IMG/VR virus record: IMGVR_UViG_3300038520_000575 | Location: 1-55,430 of that record | DNA: 55,430 nucleotides | Strand: one strand, 5' to 3' | DNA from: a virus | Lineage: Duplodnaviria > Caudoviricetes | In this document: piece by piece, positions 1 to 7,841 of the stretch | Layout: every line of letters starts with the position of its first letter | Position numbering within the stretch: position 1 is the stretch's first letter | The notes under the pieces: model-generated | The model's database searches: none | Told to the model about the DNA's origin: nothing | The model's input: the letters and a program-made list of their open reading frames with translations, nothing else | Program-made: the position numbers and the translations under genes

Positions 1-1
1 T

Positions 2-78
2 TGGTCTTGTGTCATGAGTAGGTTGTATGACTTGGTGTCTTCTTCTATTTTGTTTGGTCTTGGCATGATTGTCCTCGT
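2..78. repeat. 77-nt terminal direct repeat, copy 1 (probable assembly overlap; circular contig)
   Basis: 2-78 is identical to 55354-55430. The repeat lies within the RHH gene and its RBS, and 77 is a common assembler k-mer length. Confidence 0.9.
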
Positions 79-105
79 GGGGGTTTGCCCTGCAGGGTAT
101 ACGCG

Positions 106-134
106 ATTATAGATACAGAAAAAGTATTCGTCAA
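106..134 (-). promoter_or_regulatory. sigma70 promoter for the RHH regulator / early cluster (reads across the circular junction)
   Basis: Minus strand TTGACG-N17-TATAAT, followed by a GAGG RBS and the ATG of the RHH gene. Confidence 0.8.
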
Positions 135-147
135 GCGAAAAGATTTC

Positions 148-176
148 TTGACAGGTTCTTGTGTAACCTGTACGTC
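148..176 (+). promoter_or_regulatory. Putative sigma70 promoter for the replication operon, overlapped by an inverted-repeat operator
   Basis: TTGACA-N17-TACGTC, with a perfect inverted repeat ACAGGTT-N7-AACCTGT at 151-171. The primase ATG at 184 has no SD and may be leaderless. Confidence 0.6.
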
Positions 177-183
177 TTATACC

Positions 184-969
184 ATGACTAATTGGATTCA
201 TAATTACGTGATAGATTTGCCACTGCAGCCAAACGGTAATATGCGGTTGGACTGTCCTGTGTGTTCAAGGAAGAACACGTTTAGTGTTACAGAGAAGAAC
301 GGACAACGACTATACAACTGTTTCCATGTTGACTGTAGAACGCGTGGTCGAACAGACTTGAGGCTAACAAAGGATAATGCTCACGAATCATTCTTACCCC
401 GCAGGGTAAAGGCGGTAGACCAGAGCCTTGTCTTTGAAGAGCCTGATACGTTCGTCCCAATATCTCGTAGTGAGGAAGCCATTAGTTATATCAAGAGTGT
501 CCATGCTCTGAACTCCTTTCGTGAAGGTCGGGTAGACCTGCGGTTCGACTTCAAACGTAATCGTGTGGTCTACCTGATTTTCGACGGACATAGGATTGTA
601 GATGCAGTGGGCAGAAGTTTAACAAATGAGAAACCGAAGTGGTGGAGATATGGAAAGTCAGGTTATCCTTTCGTTTGCGGTGATGGACATGTCGGAATTA
701 TTGTTGAAGATTGCGCTAGTGCTTGCAGTGTTTCTAACAATTTTACGGGTATAGCATTACTTGGTACTAGTCTTCTAGACTCATACATACCAATCTTACG
801 CAAATATAAAAGGCTTTACGTAGCACTTGATAAGGATGCTACAAAGAAGGCACTAGAAATTGTAATTAAATTACAGGATGTCGTAACGACAAAGATGATG
901 ATTTTAAATCAGGACTTAAAGGACATGAGAGATGAAACAAGAGAAAGAATACTCGCAGGTTACGATTGA
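184..969 (+). CDS. DNA primase (Zn-binding + TOPRIM)
   Basis: CPVC...CFHVDC zinc finger, IIVED and ALDKDA TOPRIM motifs, upstream of the helicase. ATG 184 is preferred to the TTG at 85. Confidence 0.85.
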   Translation: MTNWIHNYVIDLPLQPNGNMRLDCPVCSRKNTFSVTEKNGQRLYNCFHVDCRTRGRTDLRLTKDNAHESFLPRRVKAVDQSLVFEEPDTFVPISRSEEAISYIKSVHALNSFREGRVDLRFDFKRNRVVYLIFDGHRIVDAVGRSLTNEKPKWWRYGKSGYPFVCGDGHVGIIVEDCASACSVSNNFTGIALLGTSLLDSYIPILRKYKRLYVALDKDATKKALEIVIKLQDVVTTKMMILNQDLKDMRDETRERILAGYD

Positions 970-2170
970 GAAACAGGTATTAGGATACCTTCTTAATCAC
1001 GAGTTCTATCAGAAGGTCAAGAACATAGTCACTAAGGACATGTTTACTGGTAGAGATATAACAATATTTGACGCAATAGCTTACGCACATAAGAAGTACG
1101 GACAGGACATGCATCCTCGTCAGATATCAGCAGTGATATATGACCGCAATCCTGCCATGCCAACAAGTGCAATAACAGAAATATACGAGGTGATAGACAG
1201 TCTGCCTATTGGTATGTCAAACGACATGCAGTTAGAGATGGATGTGGTCAAAAACTTCTGGGTTCGAGACAAGGCTAGGCAGATAGGCGAGAAAGCAATA
1301 GCTATCTTTACTGGTGAGTCAGAACACTTTGGCGAACTCAAGACGCTTATCGACATGGTTGAAGATGGTAGGATGTCAGACAAGACTACCTATACAGAGG
1401 TAACGACAGACTTCGCAGACTTGATAAAGGAGTCGGTATCTGACCCTGACTTTCCCTTCGAGTGGGACTTGATGAGTGATAAGCTAGCAGGCATGGACAG
1501 GGGTAACCTAGGCATTATCTTTGCTAGACCAGAGGTAGGCAAGACTACGTTCTGTGCTTTCCTTGCATCTAGCTACATCAGACAACGTAAGCGTGTTGTC
1601 TACTGGGCTAACGAAGAGCCTGCACATAAGATAAAGCTACGCATCATACAGTCGTTCTTTGCCAAGACTAATCAGCAGATGAGTGAGGAGATGTACACTC
1701 TGCATCCTGTTTACAAGGAGCAGATAGAACCGTTCCTTGTAATCATGGACTCTGTGGGTACATCGATGGAAGAGCTTGATAACTACGCTCAACTAAATGA
1801 ACCTGACGTGATGTTCTGTGACCAGTTGGACAAGTTCAGAATAGGTGGAGAGTTCAACAGGGGTGACGAGCGTCTCAAGGAAACGTATGTTACTGCGCGT
1901 GAGATAGCCAAGCGTAACAAATTACTGCTCTGGTCTGTGTCACAGGCTAGTTATGATGCCCATGACCGTCAATTTGTTGACTATGCTATGCTTGATGGTT
2001 CGCGAACGGGCAAGGCAGGTGAAGCAGATGTCATCATTGGTATTGGCAAGACGGGTGGCTCTGATGAGGAGAACACTGCTAGACATATCTGTATATCAAA
2101 GAACAAGATAAATGGATGGCACGGCATGTTCACAAGTCATATTGATATCAACGCAGGAGTATACTACTGA
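932..2170 (+). CDS. DnaB-like (SF4) replicative helicase
   Basis: Walker A ARPEVGKTT, MFCDQL Walker B, and SQA, EADVIIGI and KNK SF4 motifs. Confidence 0.92.
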   Translation: MKQEKEYSQVTIEKQVLGYLLNHEFYQKVKNIVTKDMFTGRDITIFDAIAYAHKKYGQDMHPRQISAVIYDRNPAMPTSAITEIYEVIDSLPIGMSNDMQLEMDVVKNFWVRDKARQIGEKAIAIFTGESEHFGELKTLIDMVEDGRMSDKTTYTEVTTDFADLIKESVSDPDFPFEWDLMSDKLAGMDRGNLGIIFARPEVGKTTFCAFLASSYIRQRKRVVYWANEEPAHKIKLRIIQSFFAKTNQQMSEEMYTLHPVYKEQIEPFLVIMDSVGTSMEELDNYAQLNEPDVMFCDQLDKFRIGGEFNRGDERLKETYVTAREIAKRNKLLLWSVSQASYDAHDRQFVDYAMLDGSRTGKAGEADVIIGIGKTGGSDEENTARHICISKNKINGWHGMFTSHIDINAGVYY

Positions 2171-2325
2171 TGCTTATGAAGATATTAACTTTCTGGATGA
2201 ACAAGGATGAGATGCAAGACCCTAGCATGGACAACGTACTGCGCTTTGCGATTATGTTTGTGTTTGCGTGTGGGGCATACGTAGTTATTATAGAGCTTTT
2301 GAAGAAGGGAGTTTGCTCATGTTGA
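2170..2325 (+). CDS. Small membrane protein (51 aa; not in ORF track)
   Basis: MLMKILTFW...FAIMFVFACGAYVVIIELLKKGVCSC. TGATG coupling to the helicase stop, one hydrophobic segment. Confidence 0.6.
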   Translation: MLMKILTFWMNKDEMQDPSMDNVLRFAIMFVFACGAYVVIIELLKKGVCSC

Positions 2326-2600
2326 AACTATACAGAATTATTATGGACAGTCAGAAGAACCCACTTAGTAACATACCTGATGTGAATACAAGGCATATGA
2401 TAATGCAAGTCTTGGCTTGGATGTGGTGTATTATATTCAGTATGTATGTAGGTTCTATGCTTGTCTTTGGAATCAGTGCTATCATACACGCTCTGTTGCT
2501 TGCAGGTATCTTTGTTACTGTGGGTACGTTCGAGACTGCTAGACGCAGACCACAATACTTTGGTGGATTAGGCAGGGGACACGGGGGGGAGCATGACTAA
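2319..2600 (+). CDS. Hypothetical membrane protein (2 TM)
   Basis: ATG 2319 after GGGAG; two hydrophobic helices; overlaps the start of the exonuclease gene. Confidence 0.7.
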   Translation: MLKLYRIIMDSQKNPLSNIPDVNTRHMIMQVLAWMWCIIFSMYVGSMLVFGISAIIHALLLAGIFVTVGTFETARRRPQYFGGLGRGHGGEHD

Positions 2601-3174
2601 GGTTCTTACTTTCGACGTGGAAACCACCCATAAGGAGAAACCCAACGGTTCTAGTACCCCTCTACCGTATTTTGGCAACATGCTTGTGGCGGTAGGTTAC
2701 AAGTGGCTACATGAGGAAGACGTTATTTACGACTGTTACTATCACAGTACCGAACCACCGACCCCTGATGCGTTCGGCAGGTTTCAGTCTGCGTTAGACC
2801 ATGCTGACATTGTGGTAGGACACAACATCAAGTTCGACCTATCATGGATACGTGAATCTAATTTTAAGTACGAGGGTAAAGTATATGATACGATGGTTTC
2901 GGAATATATTCTATCGAAAGCAAGACGTTGGTCTTTGTCGCTTGCTTCTGTTGCAGAGAAGTATGGTGGAGTGCAGAAGGAAGTCGACCTTATTTCCCCG
3001 TACTTCAAGGAAGGCAAAACTTTTTACGACATACCGTGGGACACGATAGTAGAATACGGTATTGCTGATGTATTGGCTACAGAACAGGTAGCCTTAGAAC
3101 AACTCAAAGCCTTTGGCTCATCGTTTGAGGAGATATTTAATGAACCTGTTACCCACACTTCGCTTGTCATTTGA
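2593..3174 (+). CDS. 3'-5' exonuclease domain of PolA, encoded as a stand-alone gene
   Basis: ExoI FDVET, ExoII GHNIKFD, YDTM and ExoIII YGIADV motifs. Confidence 0.88.
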   Translation: MTKVLTFDVETTHKEKPNGSSTPLPYFGNMLVAVGYKWLHEEDVIYDCYYHSTEPPTPDAFGRFQSALDHADIVVGHNIKFDLSWIRESNFKYEGKVYDTMVSEYILSKARRWSLSLASVAEKYGGVQKEVDLISPYFKEGKTFYDIPWDTIVEYGIADVLATEQVALEQLKAFGSSFEEIFNEPVTHTSLVI

Positions 3175-4678
3175 GATGACGGATGTTCTGGCTCACATAG
3201 AGCAGAACGGTATCAAGATAAACACAGACACACTTATGCAGATTAAGGAAGAGTATGAGCAGGAGATGTTCGTCCTTGAACGTAGGCTCAACGAACTTGC
3301 ACGGAACGCTATGGGAGACACACCCATCAATCTAGATAGTCCTGACGACAGGTCTATGCTCCTCTACTCGTGTAGGGTGAAGGACAAGAAACAATGGGCA
3401 GTTCTGTTTAACCTTGGTCACGAGATACGGGGTGCAACTAAAAAGCCCAAGCTACGTAAGCGCATGACACGCACAGAGTTTAAGCACCATGTGATACGAC
3501 ACACAGATGTAGTATACAAGACTGAAGGCTCACAGTGTCCTGCCTGTAGAGGTACAGGACGGTACAAGGCAGTGCGTAAGGACGGAACGTTAGGCAAGGC
3601 AGTCAGGATATGTAAACTGTGTGAGGGTAAGGGTGTTAGATATAAGAATCTCAACGAGGTTGCAGGTTTCAAAGTGTTACCACGAGACGTGTTCGATACT
3701 GCGTCTGGTGGATTCAAGACTGACAAGACCACACTAGAGGACTTATCCTTGACTCTGCGTGGTGAAGCGCAGGAGTTTGCACAGAGCTACATACGGTACT
3801 CTGCCCTGCGAACCTATCTGCGTTCATTTGTAGAGGGTATGTTCAACAATGTGGACGACAAGGGGTTTATCCACACAGAGTATATGCAGTGCATCACTGC
3901 TACTGGCAGACTGTCTAGCCGTAACCCTAACTTCCAGAATATGCCACGGGGTTCGACGTTCGCTATCCGCAAAGCGATAGAGAGTAGGTTCGAGGGCGGG
4001 TCTATTTTAGAGGGTGATTACGCGCAGTTGGAGTTCAGAGTAGCAGGATATCTAGCTAATGATGACAACATAAAACTGGATGTAGAGGCAGGCACGGACG
4101 TACATAGTTATACTGCAAGTATCATTGGCTGCACCCGTCAAGAGGCAAAAGCCCATACTTTCAAACCCTTATACGGTGGAGTTAGCGGAACGGATAGCCA
4201 ACAGAGATACTACAGAGCATTCAAGGAAAAGTATAAGGGTGTTACTGAGTGGCACAAACAACTACAGAGGGACGCAGTTACAAGGAAGGAAGTTACACTA
4301 CCGTCAGGTAGAGTGTATGCATTTCCTGATAGTAAGTGGACAGACTGGGGTACTGCTACCAATCGCACCGCTATCTGTAATTATCCTGTACAGGGGTTTG
4401 CTACTGCTGACCTGCTACCAATAGCCCTAGTCAAACTTTATCACGATATGAAAAAACGAGACATGAAGTCAGTCATCTGCAACACAGTTCACGACTCTAT
4501 AGTTATTGACGTGTATCCCTGTGAAGAAGAGGAATGCATTGATGTTATGGCTGAAGCTATGTTGTCCCTACCACAGGAGACGTTACGTCGTTTTGGTAGG
4601 CAATATGATATGCCAATAGGCATTGAACTGAAGATGGGTAGTAACTGGCTTGACTTGCAACCCGTCTTGGAAGTATAA
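3140..4678 (+). CDS. polA: Family A DNA polymerase domain with DnaJ-like Zn-finger insert
   Basis: TGRLSS, motif A DYAQLEFR, motif B RQEAKAHTFKPLYG, motif C VHDS; CPACRGTG and CKLCEGKG inserts; GAGGAG SD before ATG 3140. Confidence 0.93.
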   Translation: MNLLPTLRLSFEMTDVLAHIEQNGIKINTDTLMQIKEEYEQEMFVLERRLNELARNAMGDTPINLDSPDDRSMLLYSCRVKDKKQWAVLFNLGHEIRGATKKPKLRKRMTRTEFKHHVIRHTDVVYKTEGSQCPACRGTGRYKAVRKDGTLGKAVRICKLCEGKGVRYKNLNEVAGFKVLPRDVFDTASGGFKTDKTTLEDLSLTLRGEAQEFAQSYIRYSALRTYLRSFVEGMFNNVDDKGFIHTEYMQCITATGRLSSRNPNFQNMPRGSTFAIRKAIESRFEGGSILEGDYAQLEFRVAGYLANDDNIKLDVEAGTDVHSYTASIIGCTRQEAKAHTFKPLYGGVSGTDSQQRYYRAFKEKYKGVTEWHKQLQRDAVTRKEVTLPSGRVYAFPDSKWTDWGTATNRTAICNYPVQGFATADLLPIALVKLYHDMKKRDMKSVICNTVHDSIVIDVYPCEEEECIDVMAEAMLSLPQETLRRFGRQYDMPIGIELKMGSNWLDLQPVLEV

Positions 4679-4679
4679 T
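4650..4679 (+). promoter_or_regulatory. Putative sigma70 promoter upstream of the SSB-like gene
   Basis: TTGACT-N18-TATAAT, then an AAGGAG SD before ATG 4712. Confidence 0.6.
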
Positions 4680-4711
4680 AATTTTACCGTAACAACCCAA
4701 GGAGAATAGAA

Positions 4712-5545
4712 ATGGGTACACAAATAGAAACCATAAATGAATTTGATGTGAATGTGGGGGACGATAAGGCTAGCCTGATTGCCATGTTAGGGCAGGATGG
4801 GCTAGCCGAATCGAAGAGTGACGCTCTTGCATCTCTCAGGATAAACTATGATGCTGATACTGAGGACGGACACACACTCAAACGTGGCTCGTGGAAAGTA
4901 TATAACGGCTCAGAGATGGTTTACTCTGATTCAGCCTTTATAGTACCAATGATGCGAACGTATGAGTATTCGGTGTTCGATACAGAGGAACAGACTTTTT
5001 CCTGTAAGTCGGTGCAACGCAAGAAGATGTCGGATGCGTTTCCTGACAAGAGTGGAACGATGAAGTGTGGTCGAATATCACGGACGGAAGAAGAAGCCTT
5101 GCAAGAGGATGACCCAAAGTTATTGTTGAGTAAGTCAGTGACGTGTAATGTCATTCTTTATGGTAAGGTAGACATGCCTGATGGCAAGACTGCATCTGGT
5201 GAAAAGTGTTCCGTAAAAGATTTGCCGTTTATTGCTTACTTCAAACGTTCAGGATTTAGACCAATCAACGACTTTATAAATAATAAGCTAGGAAACAAGA
5301 TACCGTTACCTACAGCTTATATAGAGTTGAAGACTAAACGGATGTCGAATGGTGGTGTGACTTATTGGATACCACAACCTGAACTGGTAAAAGAGATACC
5401 GTTTACTGTAGAGTCGAAAGAACTGCTACAAAGTTTCCATGATGGAGTTTCTGCATCAAACCAGAAAATCCTAGAGGAGCATAGGGATGCTCTCAAGATG
5501 GTAGCTTCAGATGAGGACGTAGATTTAGCTGAACGCTTTGGCTAA
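4712..5545 (+). CDS. Putative ssDNA-binding/annealing protein
   Basis: Located between polymerase and exonuclease, beta-rich, acidic C-terminus ending DEDVDLAERFG, strong expression signals. Confidence 0.5.
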   Translation: MGTQIETINEFDVNVGDDKASLIAMLGQDGLAESKSDALASLRINYDADTEDGHTLKRGSWKVYNGSEMVYSDSAFIVPMMRTYEYSVFDTEEQTFSCKSVQRKKMSDAFPDKSGTMKCGRISRTEEEALQEDDPKLLLSKSVTCNVILYGKVDMPDGKTASGEKCSVKDLPFIAYFKRSGFRPINDFINNKLGNKIPLPTAYIELKTKRMSNGGVTYWIPQPELVKEIPFTVESKELLQSFHDGVSASNQKILEEHRDALKMVASDEDVDLAERFG

Positions 5546-6432
5546 TGCTTGCCCTGTTTGAAGTACAGGACTTTTTAAAACGCGCAGGACGAGGGGAGAT
5601 AGACTCTTCTCGTCTTGAACATTTAATAGAACAGTTTGGGGAAGACTGTAAAGAGTCACTAAGAAAACAATTATCGCGAGATGAAGGCTACCGAATACGT
5701 ATGTCAGGTCTTGGTCGCCCGTTGTGTCAACAGAAACTTGAGCAACAGGGTAACAAGCAGGACATAGGGTACAACGACATCATGCGTTTCCTGATAGGCG
5801 ACCTAGTTGAAGCGGTTGCCGTTTTTGTTTTGAAGTCAGCCGAAGTCAAAGTTGTGGATACTCAACGAGCTTGTGAACTCGACATAGACGGAACGACAGT
5901 TAAGGGTACTCTCGACCTAATTATGAATGATGGTAAGGACAAGGTCTGGGACATCAAGTCCACAAGTCCTTGGTCATACGACAACAAGTTTGCCACGCGT
6001 GGTGGCTACGATGTCATAAAAGAGGACGACCCCTTCGGATATATTATGCAAGGTTTCTTGTACGCAGAAGCGCAGGGTATTCCGTTTGGTGGTTGGATAG
6101 CTATAAATAAATCTTCAGGAGAGTGGGCATTCGTCGAAGCACCCGACGACCAAGAGGAAGAAAGAAAAGAGTACATTGCTGACGCTAAGAGACGCGTACG
6201 GAGCTTGTTAGAAGATAAAGGGTTCAAGATACCCTTCACACCAGAAGACGAGACGTACACCGTCTCAAAACAGAAAGTAAAGACGGGCAACAAGATAATG
6301 CCTAAGACGTGTACCTTCTGTTCATTTAAGAGTATATGTTGGAAGAAAGCAGAGTATCTGCCTAAAGCAACTTCCAAAGCTAAATTTCCACCAATGGTAT
6401 GGTACACAAAAGTTGAAACAAGGAAAGTATAA
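5545..6432 (+). CDS. Cas4-like PD-(D/E)xK exonuclease
   Basis: GTLD...WDIKST and YIMQGFLY motifs; Cys in PLCQ plus CTFCSFKSIC, the 4Fe-4S pattern. Confidence 0.8.
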   Translation: MLALFEVQDFLKRAGRGEIDSSRLEHLIEQFGEDCKESLRKQLSRDEGYRIRMSGLGRPLCQQKLEQQGNKQDIGYNDIMRFLIGDLVEAVAVFVLKSAEVKVVDTQRACELDIDGTTVKGTLDLIMNDGKDKVWDIKSTSPWSYDNKFATRGGYDVIKEDDPFGYIMQGFLYAEAQGIPFGGWIAINKSSGEWAFVEAPDDQEEERKEYIADAKRRVRSLLEDKGFKIPFTPEDETYTVSKQKVKTGNKIMPKTCTFCSFKSICWKKAEYLPKATSKAKFPPMVWYTKVETRKV

Positions 6433-6824
6433 TGCCTGTATTCTACACAGAGACGTACCCTCTCAAGGCTATGCACCTCAACCCTCAATTGATGTGTGTC
6501 TTTGTAGAGAGTCACGAGGCTAGGGGTGGCGACCCTGCTACCGTACAGGTTCGAGAATCACAGAGGTCACTGCCACTGACACTCAAGAATAATTTTTCTT
6601 CTACAGGGTATCTTGTGTCTGATACAGAGGCTAGAGATATTATTAAGATAGAAAATGAAGCACAATGTATTATGTATCACCTTAGAATGGGAGTAACTAT
6701 ATGCCTTCCGACGTTGCGGTTAAACGACGAGCTAAACTATTTAGAAAAACATACCCCAAAAGTAGAACAATATCTCTTAAAAAGGCTGAACATAATGAAA
6801 CAGGGATATCCGTTGCAAGAATAA
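6432..6824 (+). CDS. Hypothetical protein
   Basis: TAATG-coupled ORF within the operon. Confidence 0.7.
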   Translation: MPVFYTETYPLKAMHLNPQLMCVFVESHEARGGDPATVQVRESQRSLPLTLKNNFSSTGYLVSDTEARDIIKIENEAQCIMYHLRMGVTICLPTLRLNDELNYLEKHTPKVEQYLLKRLNIMKQGYPLQE

Positions 6825-7189
6825 TGAGAAATACAAAATACAGGTCTATGTTTGAGATAGGTGTAGCGAAATACTTATCACAAAGAAAAATTAAATTTGA
6901 GTATGAAAAAAAGAAACTTTCCTACATACCAAAGCCACGAGTGTACACACCCGACTTCTATCTTGTAAATCAAGATATATACGTAGAAACAAAGGGGCGT
7001 TTTGATAAGGGTGATAGAGTAAAGATGTTGCTTGTGAAACAACAACACCCTGACTTAGATATCCGTATAGTTTTCTTAAATGCCAAAAATAAAATTTACA
7101 AGGGCAGTAGTACGACGTATGGCATGTGGGCTACAAAGAATGGGTTCGAGTGGGCAGAGGGTGCTATACCAGAGGAGTGGTTCAAATGA
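6824..7189 (+). CDS. Endonuclease I (T7 gp3-like Holliday junction resolvase)
   Basis: YRSMFE, YTPDF, VETKGRF, DIRIVF and TTYGMWA motifs; coupled ATG at 6824. Confidence 0.9.
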   Translation: MRNTKYRSMFEIGVAKYLSQRKIKFEYEKKKLSYIPKPRVYTPDFYLVNQDIYVETKGRFDKGDRVKMLLVKQQHPDLDIRIVFLNAKNKIYKGSSTTYGMWATKNGFEWAEGAIPEEWFK

Positions 7190-7539
7190 CAGATGACATA
7201 GATAGACAATTAGAGGTTGCAAGTTTGCTTAGTGGACGTTACTATCTTATTCTCAACAATAATGATTCGGATAGTTTTTCTATGTCTGCATACGACACAA
7301 ATATAAGAGATAAGAACAATGAGATACCTGCGGGTATGATTATACTTTCAGGACTTATAGAACTTATGGAGAATAACTTCGAGACTATATGGGACGCAGG
7401 GGTAACTAGAACTAAGTTCTTGGCTGCAGTCGAAAACATACAGGTAGAGTTAGACGATGATGAAGTCGATGAAGCCGTAGATAAAGTGCTATCTAAAACT
7501 GGTAATATAATTAAAGTAGACTTTGGTAAGGAACAATGA
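7186..7539 (+). CDS. Hypothetical acidic protein
   Basis: ATGA overlap, GAGGAG SD; ends NIIKVDFGKEQ. Confidence 0.7.
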   Translation: MTDDIDRQLEVASLLSGRYYLILNNNDSDSFSMSAYDTNIRDKNNEIPAGMIILSGLIELMENNFETIWDAGVTRTKFLAAVENIQVELDDDEVDEAVDKVLSKTGNIIKVDFGKEQ

Positions 7540-7841
7540 ATAGACAATTACAATATGAAAAACACGAGGATTATATGAAGAGAAGACAGCTAAACCTTGA
7601 GCTACAAGCAAACGCACAGTCTGACGTTATTAAGAATCCTAAACACTATGAACAGTATGAGTTCGAGCCTGTATCATTCATAATGAAGAACGAGTTGTCC
7701 TTCTGGATGGGCAATGTCATAAAGTATATCATGCGTGCAGGAACAAAAGAAAACACGGATGAGATACAAGATTTGAAGAAAGCAATAAGATATATAGAAA
7801 TGCGTATTAATCAACTGGAAGGAAGAGAACCCAATGAATAA
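7536..7841 (+). CDS. DUF3310 / T7 gp1.7-like nucleotide kinase family protein
   Basis: NPKHY...GNVIKYIMRAG.K...QDLKKAIRY signature. Confidence 0.82.
   Translation: MNRQLQYEKHEDYMKRRQLNLELQANAQSDVIKNPKHYEQYEFEPVSFIMKNELSFWMGNVIKYIMRAGTKENTDEIQDLKKAIRYIEMRINQLEGREPNE

Noticed and set aside
2-78. Terminal repeat as a biological DTR or att site
   Set aside because: It is exactly 77 nt and falls within a gene, which is typical of an assembler k-mer overlap. Base 1 does not match 55353.
85-183. N-terminal extension of the primase from TTG 85
   Set aside because: It overlaps the divergent promoters; ATG 184 gives a normal zinc-finger N-terminus.
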